Below, piece after piece: positions 1 to 8,805 of a stretch of 56,544 nucleotides of DNA (position 1 is the stretch's first letter; every line of letters begins with the position of its first letter). Below the pieces are notes generated by a model. The model ran no database searches. It had not been told where the DNA came from and was given only the letters and a program-made list of their open reading frames with translations. The stretch lies in contig JAEUJI010000039.1 in the NCBI GenBank assembly GCA_016794805.1, positions 1-56,544 of the forward strand, read 5' to 3'. The translations under genes were made by a program, and so were the position numbers. The stretch is from Gemmatimonadota bacterium. Lineage in GTDB: Bacteria; Gemmatimonadota; Gemmatimonadetes; Gemmatimonadales; GWC2-71-9.

Positions 1-540
1 GGCGGGCGGGCGGTCTGGCACGCCCGGGAGCTCACCTACGCCGTCGTCGCGCCCGTAGCCGCATTCGGCGGCATGCGGCAGGCCTACCACCAGGTCCATG
101 CCCTGCTTGCGCGCGCGGTCGAACAGCTGGGCGCGGCGGCCTCGCTGGCCCCGGCCGGCCGGCCGCTGACGCCGGGGGCCGGCGCCTGCTTTGCATCCCC
201 CGCGGGGGGGGAGGTGACCGCCCTCGGACGCAAGCTGGTGGGGAGCGCGCAGCTGCGGCAGGGCACCGCGCTGCTGCAGCACGGCAGCCTGCTGCTGGCC
301 GACGACCAGTCCCGCGTCGCCGAGGTGACGCTCGGCGCGGCGCCGGCTGGGGGGGAGATCACGCTCGAAGCGGTGCTCGGCCGCGCGGTCCCCTTCGCTG
401 AGGCCGCGGCCGCGGTTGACGCCGCGTTTGGCCAGCTGTCGGCCGAATGGGAATCCCCAGCCACCGACATCGAGCAGGACGCGCTGGCGGCAACTCATGC
501 GGATCACTTTCGCGATCCCGCCTGGACCTGGGCCCGCTGA
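1..540 (+). CDS. Biotin/lipoate A/B protein ligase family protein (LplA/LipB-like), 5' end outside window
   Basis: Frame 1 is open from base 1 to TGA at 538-540. The translation (..HARELTYAVV..GGEVTALGRKLVGSAQLRQGTALLQHGSLLL..) carries the catalytic-lysine block GRK-x-x-GSAQ typical of lipoate/octanoyl ligases. Confidence 0.6.
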   Translation, partial: GGRAVWHARELTYAVVAPVAAFGGMRQAYHQVHALLARAVEQLGAAASLAPAGRPLTPGAGACFASPAGGEVTALGRKLVGSAQLRQGTALLQHGSLLLADDQSRVAEVTLGAAPAGGEITLEAVLGRAVPFAEAAAAVDAAFGQLSAEWESPATDIEQDALAATHADHFRDPAWTWAR

Positions 541-582
541 CCCCGTAGCGCCGGCACCGAGGCCGGCGCTACTATCATAAGC

Positions 583-2220
583 GTGACCCCCACCCGACTC
601 TGCACAATCGTCGCGCTGCTGGTCCTGGGCGGCGCTCCTCCGCTGGCGGCCCAGCAGGCGCCGCGCGGTACGCTGGTGATCGCCATTCCCCGGGAACCGG
701 TGGCCCCCATCCCCTCGCTCTGGCGAAACGACCAGGCCAGCCGCGAGGTCTCCGACCTCCTCTTCCTCCACCTCGCCGACCCCGACCCCGCCTACCGGCT
801 GGGCGATGAGCGCGCCTGGGTTCCGCGGCTCGCCCGGCGCTGGACCCGTCGGGACTCGCTGACGCTCGCGTTCGAGCTGGATCCGCGGGCGCGCTGGGAG
901 GATGGCACCCCCGTGACCTCCCGGGACGTAGTGCTTGGCCTGGAGCGCGGCCGCAATCCGGCGCTCGCGGCCCAGACCGCCACCCTGCTGACGCGGATCG
1001 ACCGGGTGACCGCCGAGGGCGATCGGGTGGTCGTGGTGCGCTTCGCCCAGGCCTATGGCGAACAGTTCTACGACGCCGTCTTCCACGCCCCGCCCCTCCC
1101 CGCCCACCTGCTGTCGGGGATTGCGCCGGAATCGCTTGCCACCAGCGGCTTCGTGGCGCAGCCGGTGGGAAACGGCCCCTACCGCTACAGCCGGCGAGTC
1201 GCCGGCCAGCAACTCGAGCTCGTGGCGAACGACGGCTTCTTTCTCGGCAAGCCGGGCATCGGCCGGGTGCTGTTCCTGACGGTGGGCTCCCCGGAGGCGC
1301 GCGCCGCGATGCTGCTGGCGGGGGAGGTGGACGCGCTGGAGAACATCTTCGCCCTGCCCAACTGGGCCCGGCTGGAGAAACTCCCCGAGTATCACGTCTA
1401 TCCGCTGCCGGGCCTGGGGCTCAACTACTCCAGCTTCAACAGCCGTGCGAACGGGGACACCACGCTGCCGCATCCGCTCTTTGCCGATGTCGCGGTGCGC
1501 CGGGCCCTGGCGCTGGCCCTCGACCGGGAGCGAATGAGCCGGGCGGCGTACGGCCCGCTCACCCGACCCCCGGGGGCCCCGGTCTCGGCGCTCGTGGCCC
1601 GGGCCGTGGATGCACCGCCTGCCCCGCCCCATGACACGGCGGCGGCCCGGCGGCTGCTCACCGCCAGTGGCTGGACGGATCATGATGGTGACGGCATCCT
1701 CGACAAGGATGGGCGCGCCCTCCAATTCCGGCTGATGGTGCCAAGCGTCTCGGCCAGCCGCATCCGGATGGCCACCGAGATGCAGGAGGCCTGGCGCCGG
1801 ATGGGAGTCGCCGCCGAGCTGGACCTGGTGGAACCGGCCGTCTTCACCGAGCGGCGCAACGCGCTCCGCTTCGACATGGACATGTATGGGGTGAACCAGG
1901 ACCCGACCCCGTCCGGCCTCACCCAGAGCTGGAGCTGTGCCGGCATCGGCGGGAGCAACGTGCTGCGCTACTGCAACCCGCGGGTGGACTCCCTCCTGGC
2001 ACGGGCGCAGGTGCAGGGACGCGGGGCGCCGCGCACCTACGGCCAGGCGCTCCGGCTGATCGCCGCGGATGCGCCGGTCATCTTCCTGGCCGCACTGGTG
2101 GCCGGGACCCCGGTCCACCGCCGCTTCACGGGGGTGCGCATCCGGCCCGAGTCCACCTGGGCGGATGTCTGGCGCTGGTCGCTTCGGCCCGGCGCGGCGC
2201 TGGAGCGCGACCGCCGGTGA
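583..2220 (+). CDS. ABC transporter substrate-binding protein, family 5 (DppA/OppA-type peptide/nickel binding)
   Basis: 545-aa ORF with a GTG start and a signal-like N-terminus (LCTIVALLVLGGAPPLAAQQ). It has the size and overall look of SBP_bac_5 proteins and is the first gene of a 5-gene importer with overlapping stop/start codons. Confidence 0.85.
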   Translation: MTPTRLCTIVALLVLGGAPPLAAQQAPRGTLVIAIPREPVAPIPSLWRNDQASREVSDLLFLHLADPDPAYRLGDERAWVPRLARRWTRRDSLTLAFELDPRARWEDGTPVTSRDVVLGLERGRNPALAAQTATLLTRIDRVTAEGDRVVVVRFAQAYGEQFYDAVFHAPPLPAHLLSGIAPESLATSGFVAQPVGNGPYRYSRRVAGQQLELVANDGFFLGKPGIGRVLFLTVGSPEARAAMLLAGEVDALENIFALPNWARLEKLPEYHVYPLPGLGLNYSSFNSRANGDTTLPHPLFADVAVRRALALALDRERMSRAAYGPLTRPPGAPVSALVARAVDAPPAPPHDTAAARRLLTASGWTDHDGDGILDKDGRALQFRLMVPSVSASRIRMATEMQEAWRRMGVAAELDLVEPAVFTERRNALRFDMDMYGVNQDPTPSGLTQSWSCAGIGGSNVLRYCNPRVDSLLARAQVQGRGAPRTYGQALRLIAADAPVIFLAALVAGTPVHRRFTGVRIRPESTWADVWRWSLRPGAALERDRR

Positions 2221-3191
2221 ACACCTGGCTGATCCGCCGCACCCTGGGCGCGGCGGTGACGCTGCTGGTTGCGGTCACGCTGGTGTTCTTCCTGATGCGG
2301 CTCACCCCCGGCGATCCGCTGAGCCGCCTGGGCGAAGAGCGCCCGCTGCCCCCGGAGGCGGTCGCCGCGCTGAAGGCGCGATACGGCCTCGACCAGCCGC
2401 TGCCCCGGCAATACGCCGCGTTCGTGGGCGGCCTCCTCCGCGGCGACCTCGGTGCATCGATCGAGCACAACGGGCGCCCCGTCACCGCGCTCCTCGCCGA
2501 GCGCCTCCCCCCCACCCTTCTGCTCGGCGGCACGGCGCTGCTGCTCAATTTCAGCTTCGGGATCTGGCTCGGTGTGTGGCAGGCCGCCCGGCACGGGAGC
2601 CGGGCGGACCGGGCCGCCACGCTGGTTACCCTGGTCGCCTACGCGATGCCCTCCTTCTGGCTCGGGATCGTCCTGATCTGGGCGTTCGCCACCGAACTCC
2701 GCTGGTTCCCCGTCGGCTTCATGCGCACCCCCTGGCTCTCCGCCGACGCGGGGTGGTGGGCGCGACTGACGGACCTGGGATGGCACCTGGTGCTCCCGGC
2801 GCTCACCCTGTCGGTGAGCACCATGGCCGCAACGGTCCGCTTCCAGCGCGCCGCGATGATCGAGGCGCTGGGGTCGGACGCGGTGCGCACCGCGCGCAGC
2901 AAGGGCCTGCCGGAGCGCCGGGTTCGGTGGGGCCACGCCTGGCGCAACGCGCTGGGCCCGGTCCTGGCCCTCTTCGGGCTGTGGCTACCGCTGCTCGTGG
3001 CGGGCTCCGTCTTCGTGGAACAGGTCTTCTCCTGGCCCGGGCTGGGGAGCCTCGTGGCGGAGGCGATCGGCTCCCGCGACTACCCGGTGGTCATGGGCGC
3101 AACGCTCCTGGTCGCCACGGCGGTGGTCGCCGGCAACCTGCTCGCCGACCTGCTGCATCGCTGGCTCGACCCGAGGCTCCGCGCCCCATGA
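2217..3191 (+). CDS. Peptide ABC transporter permease (DppB/OppB-type)
   Basis: The N-terminus MNTWLIRRTLGAAVTLLVAVTLVFFLMRLTPGDP is classic DppB/OppB. It is a multi-TM protein and overlaps the upstream stop by 4 nt. Confidence 0.9.
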   Translation: MNTWLIRRTLGAAVTLLVAVTLVFFLMRLTPGDPLSRLGEERPLPPEAVAALKARYGLDQPLPRQYAAFVGGLLRGDLGASIEHNGRPVTALLAERLPPTLLLGGTALLLNFSFGIWLGVWQAARHGSRADRAATLVTLVAYAMPSFWLGIVLIWAFATELRWFPVGFMRTPWLSADAGWWARLTDLGWHLVLPALTLSVSTMAATVRFQRAAMIEALGSDAVRTARSKGLPERRVRWGHAWRNALGPVLALFGLWLPLLVAGSVFVEQVFSWPGLGSLVAEAIGSRDYPVVMGATLLVATAVVAGNLLADLLHRWLDPRLRAP

Positions 3192-4015
3192 TCGGCGCGG
3201 CACTCTGGCAGCGGCCGGGAGGGCGGCTCGGGCTGGTGCTGCTGGCCACGGTGCTGCTCGTCGTGCTCTTCGCGCCCGCGGTGCTCCCGCCCCCGTACCT
3301 CCAGCCGGACCTCGAGCAGGGCCGGTTCCTCCCACCCGGCGCCGGCCACCTGCTCGGCACCGACGACCTGAGCCGCGACGTGCTCTCCCGAGTGGTGGCC
3401 GGCGGGCGGGTCTCGCTCGCGGTGGCCGCGGGCGCGGTGGCGCTCTCCCTGACGCTGGGGACCCTGGTCGGCATGGTCGCCGGGTACGCCGGAGGCTGGC
3501 TGGATATGGTCCTGATGCGCCTCGTGGATGCCGCGCTGGCCGTGCCCCGGCTCTTCCTCCTGCTCATCGTCGTGGGCATCATGGAGCGGATCCCGCTGGG
3601 CGTCCTCATCGTCACCATCGGCGCCACCGGATGGTTCGGCACCAGCCGCCTGGTGCGCGCGGAGGTGCTGCGGCTGCGCACGCTGGAGTTCGTCCGGGGC
3701 GCGGAAGCCCTGGGAGCCGGCCATCTGCGCATCCTCGGCCGGCACCTGCTTCCGAACGTGCTGGGGCCCCTCACCGCCGCCACGACGCTGGCGGTCGGGG
3801 ACGTGATCCTGCTCGAGGCGGGGCTCTCCTTTCTCGGGCTCGGGGTCCAGCCGCCCACCCCCTCCTGGGGCGGCATGATCTTCTGGTCCCGCTCCGACCT
3901 CGTCACCGCCCCCTGGATCAGCCTCGCGCCCGGCGTGGCCATCGTGCTGACCGTGGTGGCGGTGAACCTTGTGGGCGACGCCCTCCAGGACGCGTCCGGG
4001 GAGCAGCCGCGGTGA
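3188..4015 (+). CDS. Peptide ABC transporter permease (DppC/OppC-type)
   Basis: Internal ATG of the 2069..4015 frame, forming an ATGA overlap with the previous permease. It has the HLLGTDDLSRDVLSRVV block (GTD-x-x-GRD-like) and a multi-TM body. The upstream part of the long frame is Arg/Pro-rich out-of-frame noise. Confidence 0.85.
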   Translation: MIGAALWQRPGGRLGLVLLATVLLVVLFAPAVLPPPYLQPDLEQGRFLPPGAGHLLGTDDLSRDVLSRVVAGGRVSLAVAAGAVALSLTLGTLVGMVAGYAGGWLDMVLMRLVDAALAVPRLFLLLIVVGIMERIPLGVLIVTIGATGWFGTSRLVRAEVLRLRTLEFVRGAEALGAGHLRILGRHLLPNVLGPLTAATTLAVGDVILLEAGLSFLGLGVQPPTPSWGGMIFWSRSDLVTAPWISLAPGVAIVLTVVAVNLVGDALQDASGEQPR

Positions 4016-4998
4016 GTGCCCTGCTGGAGGTCCAGGATCTCCGGGTCAGCTTTCCCGCCGGCTCCCGGCGGGTGCAGCCGGTGGACGGCGTGAGCTTCAG
4101 CATCGCCCGCGGCGAGACCGTGGCGCTGGTGGGGGAATCGGGCTCGGGAAAGAGCCTCACCAGTCTCGCGCTGCTCCGGCTGGTTCCCGCCCCCGGCCGG
4201 ATCGAGACCGGCGCGTCGCTCCGCCTCGGCGGCGCCGATCTGCTGGCCCTCGAGGGCGAAGGGCTCCGGCAGGTGCGGGGCCGCCGGATCGGCATGGTGT
4301 TCCAGGACCCGATGACGAGCCTCAACCCCGTGCTCACCGTCGGCGACCAGGTGGCCGAGACCATCCGGGCCCACTTCCCGGTCAGCGGTGCCGAGGCGCG
4401 TCAGCGGGCCAAGGCGCTGCTGGGCGAGGTGGGGCTGGGGGACCCGGCGGCCCGGGCCCGGCAGTACCCCCATCAGCTCAGCGGGGGCATGCGGCAGCGG
4501 GTGATGATCGCCATCGCGCTCGCGGCGGAGCCGGAATTGCTCATCGCCGACGAGCCGACGTCCGCCCTCGACGTCACGGTTCAGGCCCAGATTCTCGAGT
4601 TGCTCGACCGGCTGCGGCGCGCCCGTCACCTCGCCGTCCTGCTCATCACCCACGACCTGGGCGTGGTCGCGGACCGCGCCGATCGCGTACTCGTCATGTA
4701 CGCCGGGAAGATCGTGGAGCAGGCGCCGACCGCGGCCCTCTTCGCCGCGCCGGCCCACCCCTATACCCGGGGGTTGCTGGCTTCCCTCCCCCGGCTCCGG
4801 GGACCGCGCCAGCCGTTGCTCGCGATCCCCGGAAACGTCCCCGAGGCGGCTCAATGGCCGGAAGGGTGTCGCTTCCGGCCCCGTTGTCCGGATGCCTTCG
4901 GTTCCTGCGCCGGTGATCCCCCAATGATCGCAATCGGCCCGGCCCGGACAGCCCTGTGCTGGCTCCACGATCCCTCCGTCGGGGGGCGGCCGCGATGA
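4012..4998 (+). CDS. Peptide ABC transporter ATP-binding protein (DppD/OppD-type)
   Basis: GTG start in a GTGA overlap with the permease. Motifs: Walker A GESGSGKS, signature LSGGMRQR, Walker B LLIADEPTSALD, and a C-terminal oligopeptide-transporter extension (HPYTRGLL). Confidence 0.95.
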   Translation: MSALLEVQDLRVSFPAGSRRVQPVDGVSFSIARGETVALVGESGSGKSLTSLALLRLVPAPGRIETGASLRLGGADLLALEGEGLRQVRGRRIGMVFQDPMTSLNPVLTVGDQVAETIRAHFPVSGAEARQRAKALLGEVGLGDPAARARQYPHQLSGGMRQRVMIAIALAAEPELLIADEPTSALDVTVQAQILELLDRLRRARHLAVLLITHDLGVVADRADRVLVMYAGKIVEQAPTAALFAAPAHPYTRGLLASLPRLRGPRQPLLAIPGNVPEAAQWPEGCRFRPRCPDAFGSCAGDPPMIAIGPARTALCWLHDPSVGGRPR

Positions 4999-5996
4999 GC
5001 CAGCCCCTGCTCGAGGTCCGCGATCTCGTCCGGCACTACCCCACGGGGCAGTGGCTGCGTGCCGGGCCGGCGGTGCGCGCCGTGAATGGGGTGTCGTTCG
5101 ACATCGCGCCAGGGGAGACCCTGGCCCTCGTCGGCGAGAGCGGCTCGGGAAAGTCCACCCTGGCGCGCGTGCTGCTGCGACTGGAGCAGCCGGATGGCGG
5201 GACGGTCCGCTTCGACGGCACCGACATCTTCACGCTCGACCGCCGGGCGCTGGCCGCGATCCGCCGCCGGATGCAGATCGTCTTCCAGGATCCGTCGGGC
5301 GCGCTCAATCCGCGCATGACGGTCGGCGCGGCGGTGGCGGAGGGGATGGAGATCCACCGGCTGGGGACGCCCCGGGAGCACCCCGCCCGGGTCGCGGCCC
5401 TGCTGGAGGAGGTCGGCCTAGACCCGTCGCTGGCCGCCCGGTATCCCCGCGCCCTCTCCGGGGGACAACGACAACGGGTGGTGATCGCGCGGGCGCTCGC
5501 GGTCGAGCCCCAGTTCCTCGTGCTGGACGAGCCGGTGTCGGCGCTGGACGTCTCGGTGCAGGCCCAGGTCCTCAACCTGCTGCTCGAACTGCAACGGCGG
5601 CGTGGACTCGCATACCTCTACATCGCCCACGACCTCGCGGTCGTTCGGCAGATCGCGCACCGGGTGGCGGTGATGTACCTGGGGCGGCTGGTGGAGACCG
5701 GCCCGACGGAGACCCTCCTCGCGGCCCCGCTCCACCCCTACACCCAGGCCCTGGTCTCGGCCGCCCCGGACCCGGAGCCAGGGGCCCGGCCGGCGCGGAT
5801 CGTCCTGAGTGGCGACCCGCCGAGCCCGTCAGCGATCCCCGCCGGATGCCCCTTTCATCCCCGCTGCTTCCTTCCGGCGCGCGATGCGCGCTGCCACTCA
5901 GAGCTTCCGCCTCTGCGTCCACTCGGCTTCGGCGTCGTGGCCTGCCACCACGCCGCCTCGCCTCCCGCCGCCCCGGGCCCCACGCCTCCCAGTTAG
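4995..5996 (+). CDS. Peptide ABC transporter ATP-binding protein (DppF/OppF-type)
   Basis: ATG in an ATGA overlap with the upstream ATPase. Motifs: Walker A GESGSGKST, signature LSGGQRQR, Walker B LVLDEPVSALD, and HPYTQALV..CPFHPRC in the C-terminal domain. Confidence 0.95.
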   Translation: MSQPLLEVRDLVRHYPTGQWLRAGPAVRAVNGVSFDIAPGETLALVGESGSGKSTLARVLLRLEQPDGGTVRFDGTDIFTLDRRALAAIRRRMQIVFQDPSGALNPRMTVGAAVAEGMEIHRLGTPREHPARVAALLEEVGLDPSLAARYPRALSGGQRQRVVIARALAVEPQFLVLDEPVSALDVSVQAQVLNLLLELQRRRGLAYLYIAHDLAVVRQIAHRVAVMYLGRLVETGPTETLLAAPLHPYTQALVSAAPDPEPGARPARIVLSGDPPSPSAIPAGCPFHPRCFLPARDARCHSELPPLRPLGFGVVACHHAASPPAAPGPTPPS

Positions 5997-6180
5997 GAAC
6001 ATCCTGCCGGACCTCTCCACTGTTCGGCGTGATCCGGAAACCGTGTCCGGGCCCGACACACGCTGCGTCGGCCCCGCAACGATCCAGGGGGCTATCGCCG
6101 CCCCTCCATGATCGCGTAAGCAATTGGGGCACAAGCAGTTCCGGGCCACGCCCAAGGCTGGCACGAGAGGGCGTGGAAGT

Positions 6181-6196
6181 TGGCCCCGCACTTGCA
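6181..6196 (+). promoter_or_regulatory. Candidate sigma-54 (-24/-12) promoter TGGCCC-N5-TTGCA
   Basis: TGGCCCCGCACTTGCA has GG and GC separated by exactly 10 nt, as in the TGGCAC-N5-TTGCW consensus. It lies in a locally low-GC intergenic region, 44 nt upstream of a short ORF that has a Shine-Dalgarno sequence. Confidence 0.5.
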
Positions 6197-6239
6197 TCCT
6201 TTATGGAAAGTGGTACCACACCAGCCCGGGGAGGGCCCG

Positions 6240-6329
6240 ATGCTCAAGGCGTTGTTCGTGATGATCGTGCTCAGCAATGATTACGCGGCGCGGATGCTCC
6301 AGCGGATCAACCGCCATTCCCTGGCCTGA
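6240..6329 (+). CDS. Hypothetical 29-aa small protein (MLKALFVMIVLSNDYAARMLQRINRHSLA)
   Basis: ATG preceded by GGAGG (6230-6234). 26 of 29 codons end in G/C, matching the genome's coding bias even though the surrounding DNA is low GC. The ORF sits between the candidate sigma-54 promoter and a hairpin terminator and is too short for the ORF track. Confidence 0.4.
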   Translation: MLKALFVMIVLSNDYAARMLQRINRHSLA

Positions 6330-6352
6330 GCGCGGGGCCGGTTCCGGGTGCC

Positions 6353-6389
6353 GAACGGGGCGACCATGCTGGTCGCCCCGTTCGTATTT
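6353..6389 (+). terminator. Rho-independent-type terminator hairpin
   Basis: GAACGGGGCGACCA/TGGTCGCCCCGTTC form a perfect 13-14 bp stem around a 3-5 nt loop, followed by GTATTT. It starts 24 nt after the small-ORF stop. Confidence 0.6.
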
Positions 6390-6466
6390 CCGGCCGGCCA
6401 CCGCCATGCCGGCTTTGCGCCCCCCGGAGCGGCGTTGTACACTTTCCGGGCCCCCGGGAGAGAGAC

Positions 6467-7213
6467 GTGTCCGCCACCAGCCAACCGACTCCCGCCGTAG
6501 CGATATCCCCGACCACGCAGGAAGAGCTGCTTGTCCGCGCCGACCGCGCACAGGTCGTCGCGTCGCTGTCCCGCGGGATGGCGCACGACCTCCGGGGGCC
6601 GCTCCAGGCCCTGACTCTGCTCGTGGATCCCAATGCCGACCTTCCGGCTGGACCGGGGGGAGCGAGGCTACGGCAGGCGGTGAGCGAATCGGTCCAGCAC
6701 CTGACCGACACCGTAAGCCGCTTCAGCCTGATCTATGCCCCCCGCGAGGCCGAACCCGCCCCGGTCGTCGTGGACGACCTGCTCGCCACCATCGTTGACT
6801 TGCAGCGGTACCAGCGGAGCCTCCCAGCGGTCGAAATCCGCCTCGAGCTCCCGGGTGGGCTGCCGCCGGTCACTGGCATCGAGGCGGACCTCCGGCACCT
6901 GCTGCTCGGCCTGATCTGCAACGCCAAGCAGGCGCTCGGCGGCCGCCCCGACGCCAGCATCACCCTTGGCGCGGCGAAGGAGTCCGGGATGGTGCGGCTG
7001 GAGGTGACGGACAACGGCCCGGGGCTCGGGGCGGCGGAACGGGAGGCCGCGTTTCAGCCGTTTCGCCCCACCCATCCGGGACAGCTGGGCATCGGGCTCT
7101 ACGTCGCACGGGTGCTGGCTGGGCGGAACGGAGGGACGCTGCAGCTGAACGCCGCGCCCGGCGGGGGCATTCAGGCCCTGCTCCGCCTGCCGGTCTGGCC
7201 CCGGATGGTCTGA
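6467..7213 (+). CDS. Cytoplasmic histidine kinase without recognisable sensor domain
   Basis: GTG start preceded by GGGAGAG. Motifs: H-box SRGMAHDLRGPL, N-box LICNAKQAL, G1 VTDNGPGL, G2 GQLGIGLYV. Only about 35 residues precede the H-box and there is no TM segment. Confidence 0.8.
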   Translation: MSATSQPTPAVAISPTTQEELLVRADRAQVVASLSRGMAHDLRGPLQALTLLVDPNADLPAGPGGARLRQAVSESVQHLTDTVSRFSLIYAPREAEPAPVVVDDLLATIVDLQRYQRSLPAVEIRLELPGGLPPVTGIEADLRHLLLGLICNAKQALGGRPDASITLGAAKESGMVRLEVTDNGPGLGAAEREAAFQPFRPTHPGQLGIGLYVARVLAGRNGGTLQLNAAPGGGIQALLRLPVWPRMV

Positions 7214-7254
7214 CGGCCGCGCCGGGCCCGATGGCGAGCGGGCCTGGCAGGGAG

Positions 7255-8673
7255 CTAGTCGGGGAAGGCCGCCGGCTCATCCCGGCGACCGTTGAGCTTG
7301 TTCCGGAGCGTCCGCTCGCTGATGCCGAGGAGCCTGGCCGCCTTGCTGCGATTGCCCCCGGTGGCCGCGAGCGCCCGCTGAATCGCCACCCACTCCAGCG
7401 CATCCAGGTTGAACGCCGCGCCGCCTTCCGCCCCCGCGGTCGGGGCGGCCGGCGCGCTCGAATGCGCCGTGATGCCGGGCGGTGCCAGCGCGGCGGGCCG
7501 AAGGGCGCTATCCAGCAACCCCTGGAACACCTCGGGCCGGAGGGGATTGCCCCGGGAGAGGATGACGGCCCGTTCCACCGCGTTGGCCAGCTCGCGCACA
7601 TTGCCCGGCCAGGAGTGCTGCATCAGGAGATCCATCGCCTCGGGCGCGATCGAATTGAGCGGCACCCCGATCTCCTCCGCCGCCCGCCGCGCGAAGTGCT
7701 GCACCAGCACCGGCAGGTCTTCCTTCCGCTCCCGGAGCGGCGGGGTCCGGATCGGGACCACATTCAGGCGGTAGAACAGGTCGGCGCGGAATCGCCCCGC
7801 CTCGGCCTCGGCCCGCAGGTCCCGGTTCGTGGTGGCAATGAGGCGCACGTCCACCTTGATGGCCTGATGCCCGCCGACCCGCTCAAACTCGTGCTCCTGG
7901 AGCACCCGCAGCAGCTTCGCCTGCAGGTCGAGCCGCATTTCGGAGATCTCGTCCAGCAGCAGGGTCCCGCCGTGCGCCCGCTCGAAGGCGCCGGCGGTGC
8001 GGGCGGTCGCCCCGGTGAACGCCCCCTTCTCATGCCCGAAGAGGGCGCTTTCGATCAGGCCATCGGGCATGGCGGCGCAGTTCAGCGCGATGAACGGCCC
8101 ATCGTGCCGCGGGCTCTGGTCGTGGATCGCGCGCGCGAAGAGCTCCTTGCCGGTCCCCGACTCTCCCTCGAGCAGGACGGTCGCCTTGGTCGGCGCCACG
8201 GTGGCGATGGTGTCCATCACCCGGCGGAACTGCGAACTCTCCCCCACCAGGGCGCGGGTGGAGCGGAAGCGGTTGATCTCGCGGCGGAACTGCTCGTTCT
8301 CCCGGCGCAGCCGCATCACCTCGAGGGCCTGGGTGACCGCAATCTCCAGGGTCTCCGGGCGGATCGGCTTGGTCAGGTAGTCAATGGCGCCGGACTTGAT
8401 GGATACGACCGCATGCTCGATGCTGGAGTAGCCGGTCATGATGATCACCGGGATCTGGTAGCCCTCCTTCTCCAGGAGGCCCAGCAGGTCGAGCCCGGTG
8501 GCCTGGGGCATCCGGTAGTCGGCGATGATCAGGTCAACGGGAGTCCGGGCGATGGTCTTGAGCGCGTCGTCGACGCTGGACGCGAGGAGCGGCCGGTGCC
8601 CGAGGCGGGTGAGGTGATGCTCGAGGACAACGCCGGTGGCGGGCTCGTCGTCAACACAGAGAATGGTCGCCAT
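7255..8673 (-). CDS. Sigma-54-dependent response regulator (NtrC family: REC + AAA+ + Fis-type HTH)
   Basis: Start taken at the internal ATG (MATILCVDDE), which has AGGAG upstream. Motifs: REC domain, Walker A GESGTGKE, intact GAFTGA loop, C-terminal HTH KAARLLGISERTLRNKL. The 29-codon upstream extension of the ORF is Pro/Gly/Thr-rich. Confidence 0.9.
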   Translation of the reverse strand: MATILCVDDEPATGVVLEHHLTRLGHRPLLASSVDDALKTIARTPVDLIIADYRMPQATGLDLLGLLEKEGYQIPVIIMTGYSSIEHAVVSIKSGAIDYLTKPIRPETLEIAVTQALEVMRLRRENEQFRREINRFRSTRALVGESSQFRRVMDTIATVAPTKATVLLEGESGTGKELFARAIHDQSPRHDGPFIALNCAAMPDGLIESALFGHEKGAFTGATARTAGAFERAHGGTLLLDEISEMRLDLQAKLLRVLQEHEFERVGGHQAIKVDVRLIATTNRDLRAEAEAGRFRADLFYRLNVVPIRTPPLRERKEDLPVLVQHFARRAAEEIGVPLNSIAPEAMDLLMQHSWPGNVRELANAVERAVILSRGNPLRPEVFQGLLDSALRPAALAPPGITAHSSAPAAPTAGAEGGAAFNLDALEWVAIQRALAATGGNRSKAARLLGISERTLRNKLNGRRDEPAAFPD

Positions 8674-8805
8674 ATCCCCACACTGCTCCTGAGGATGGTC
8701 CGTCGGGGCTGGCGTCCCGGTATCGGAGGCGGGGTCGGGGGAGGTCCCCCCTCCCGGCATCGAAACGCTGTGCTAGGTAGACCTCAGTCCCAATCTATCC
8801 GATCC

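Noticed and set aside
2069-4015. An apparent 648-aa ORF that would fuse an N-terminal extension to the second peptide permease.
   Set aside because: The first ~370 codons overlap the first permease gene in another frame and are Arg/Pro-rich noise. The internal ATG at 3188 gives a normal DppC-length protein with an ATGA overlap to the upstream gene.
3091-4968. Very long antisense or alternative-frame ORFs. Examples are 3091..4968 (-), 16308..19508 (-), 29741..34642 (+), 43547..46291 (+), 54369..56351 (-) and many 60-500-aa ORFs.
   Set aside because: These are the expected stop-codon-poor shadow frames of a ~70% GC genome. Their translations are Arg/Pro/Gly/Ala low-complexity with no family motifs. 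The overlapping frames carry unmistakable signatures (ABC motifs, amidohydrolase, Ig repeats, FtsX permeases, CydA).
6158-6165. A perfect -24-type element CTGGCACG just upstream of the candidate sigma-54 promoter.
   Set aside because: There is no TTGC-like -12 element at the required spacing (the corresponding position reads GGCG). It lies in the spacer between the two arms of the 8-bp inverted repeat CCACGCCC/GGGCGTGG, so I note it only as context for finding 1.
7255-8760. Longer N-terminal extensions offered by the ORF track for several genes. Examples are the EBP to 8760, the metallophosphoesterase to 24482, the adaptor to 48685, the ADOP permeases to 41425 and 44022, and cydA from 54831.
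   Set aside because: The extensions are low-complexity, overlap upstream genes or intergenic hairpins, and precede internal starts that reproduce family-typical N-termini. These internal starts often have a Shine-Dalgarno sequence or a stop/start overlap.
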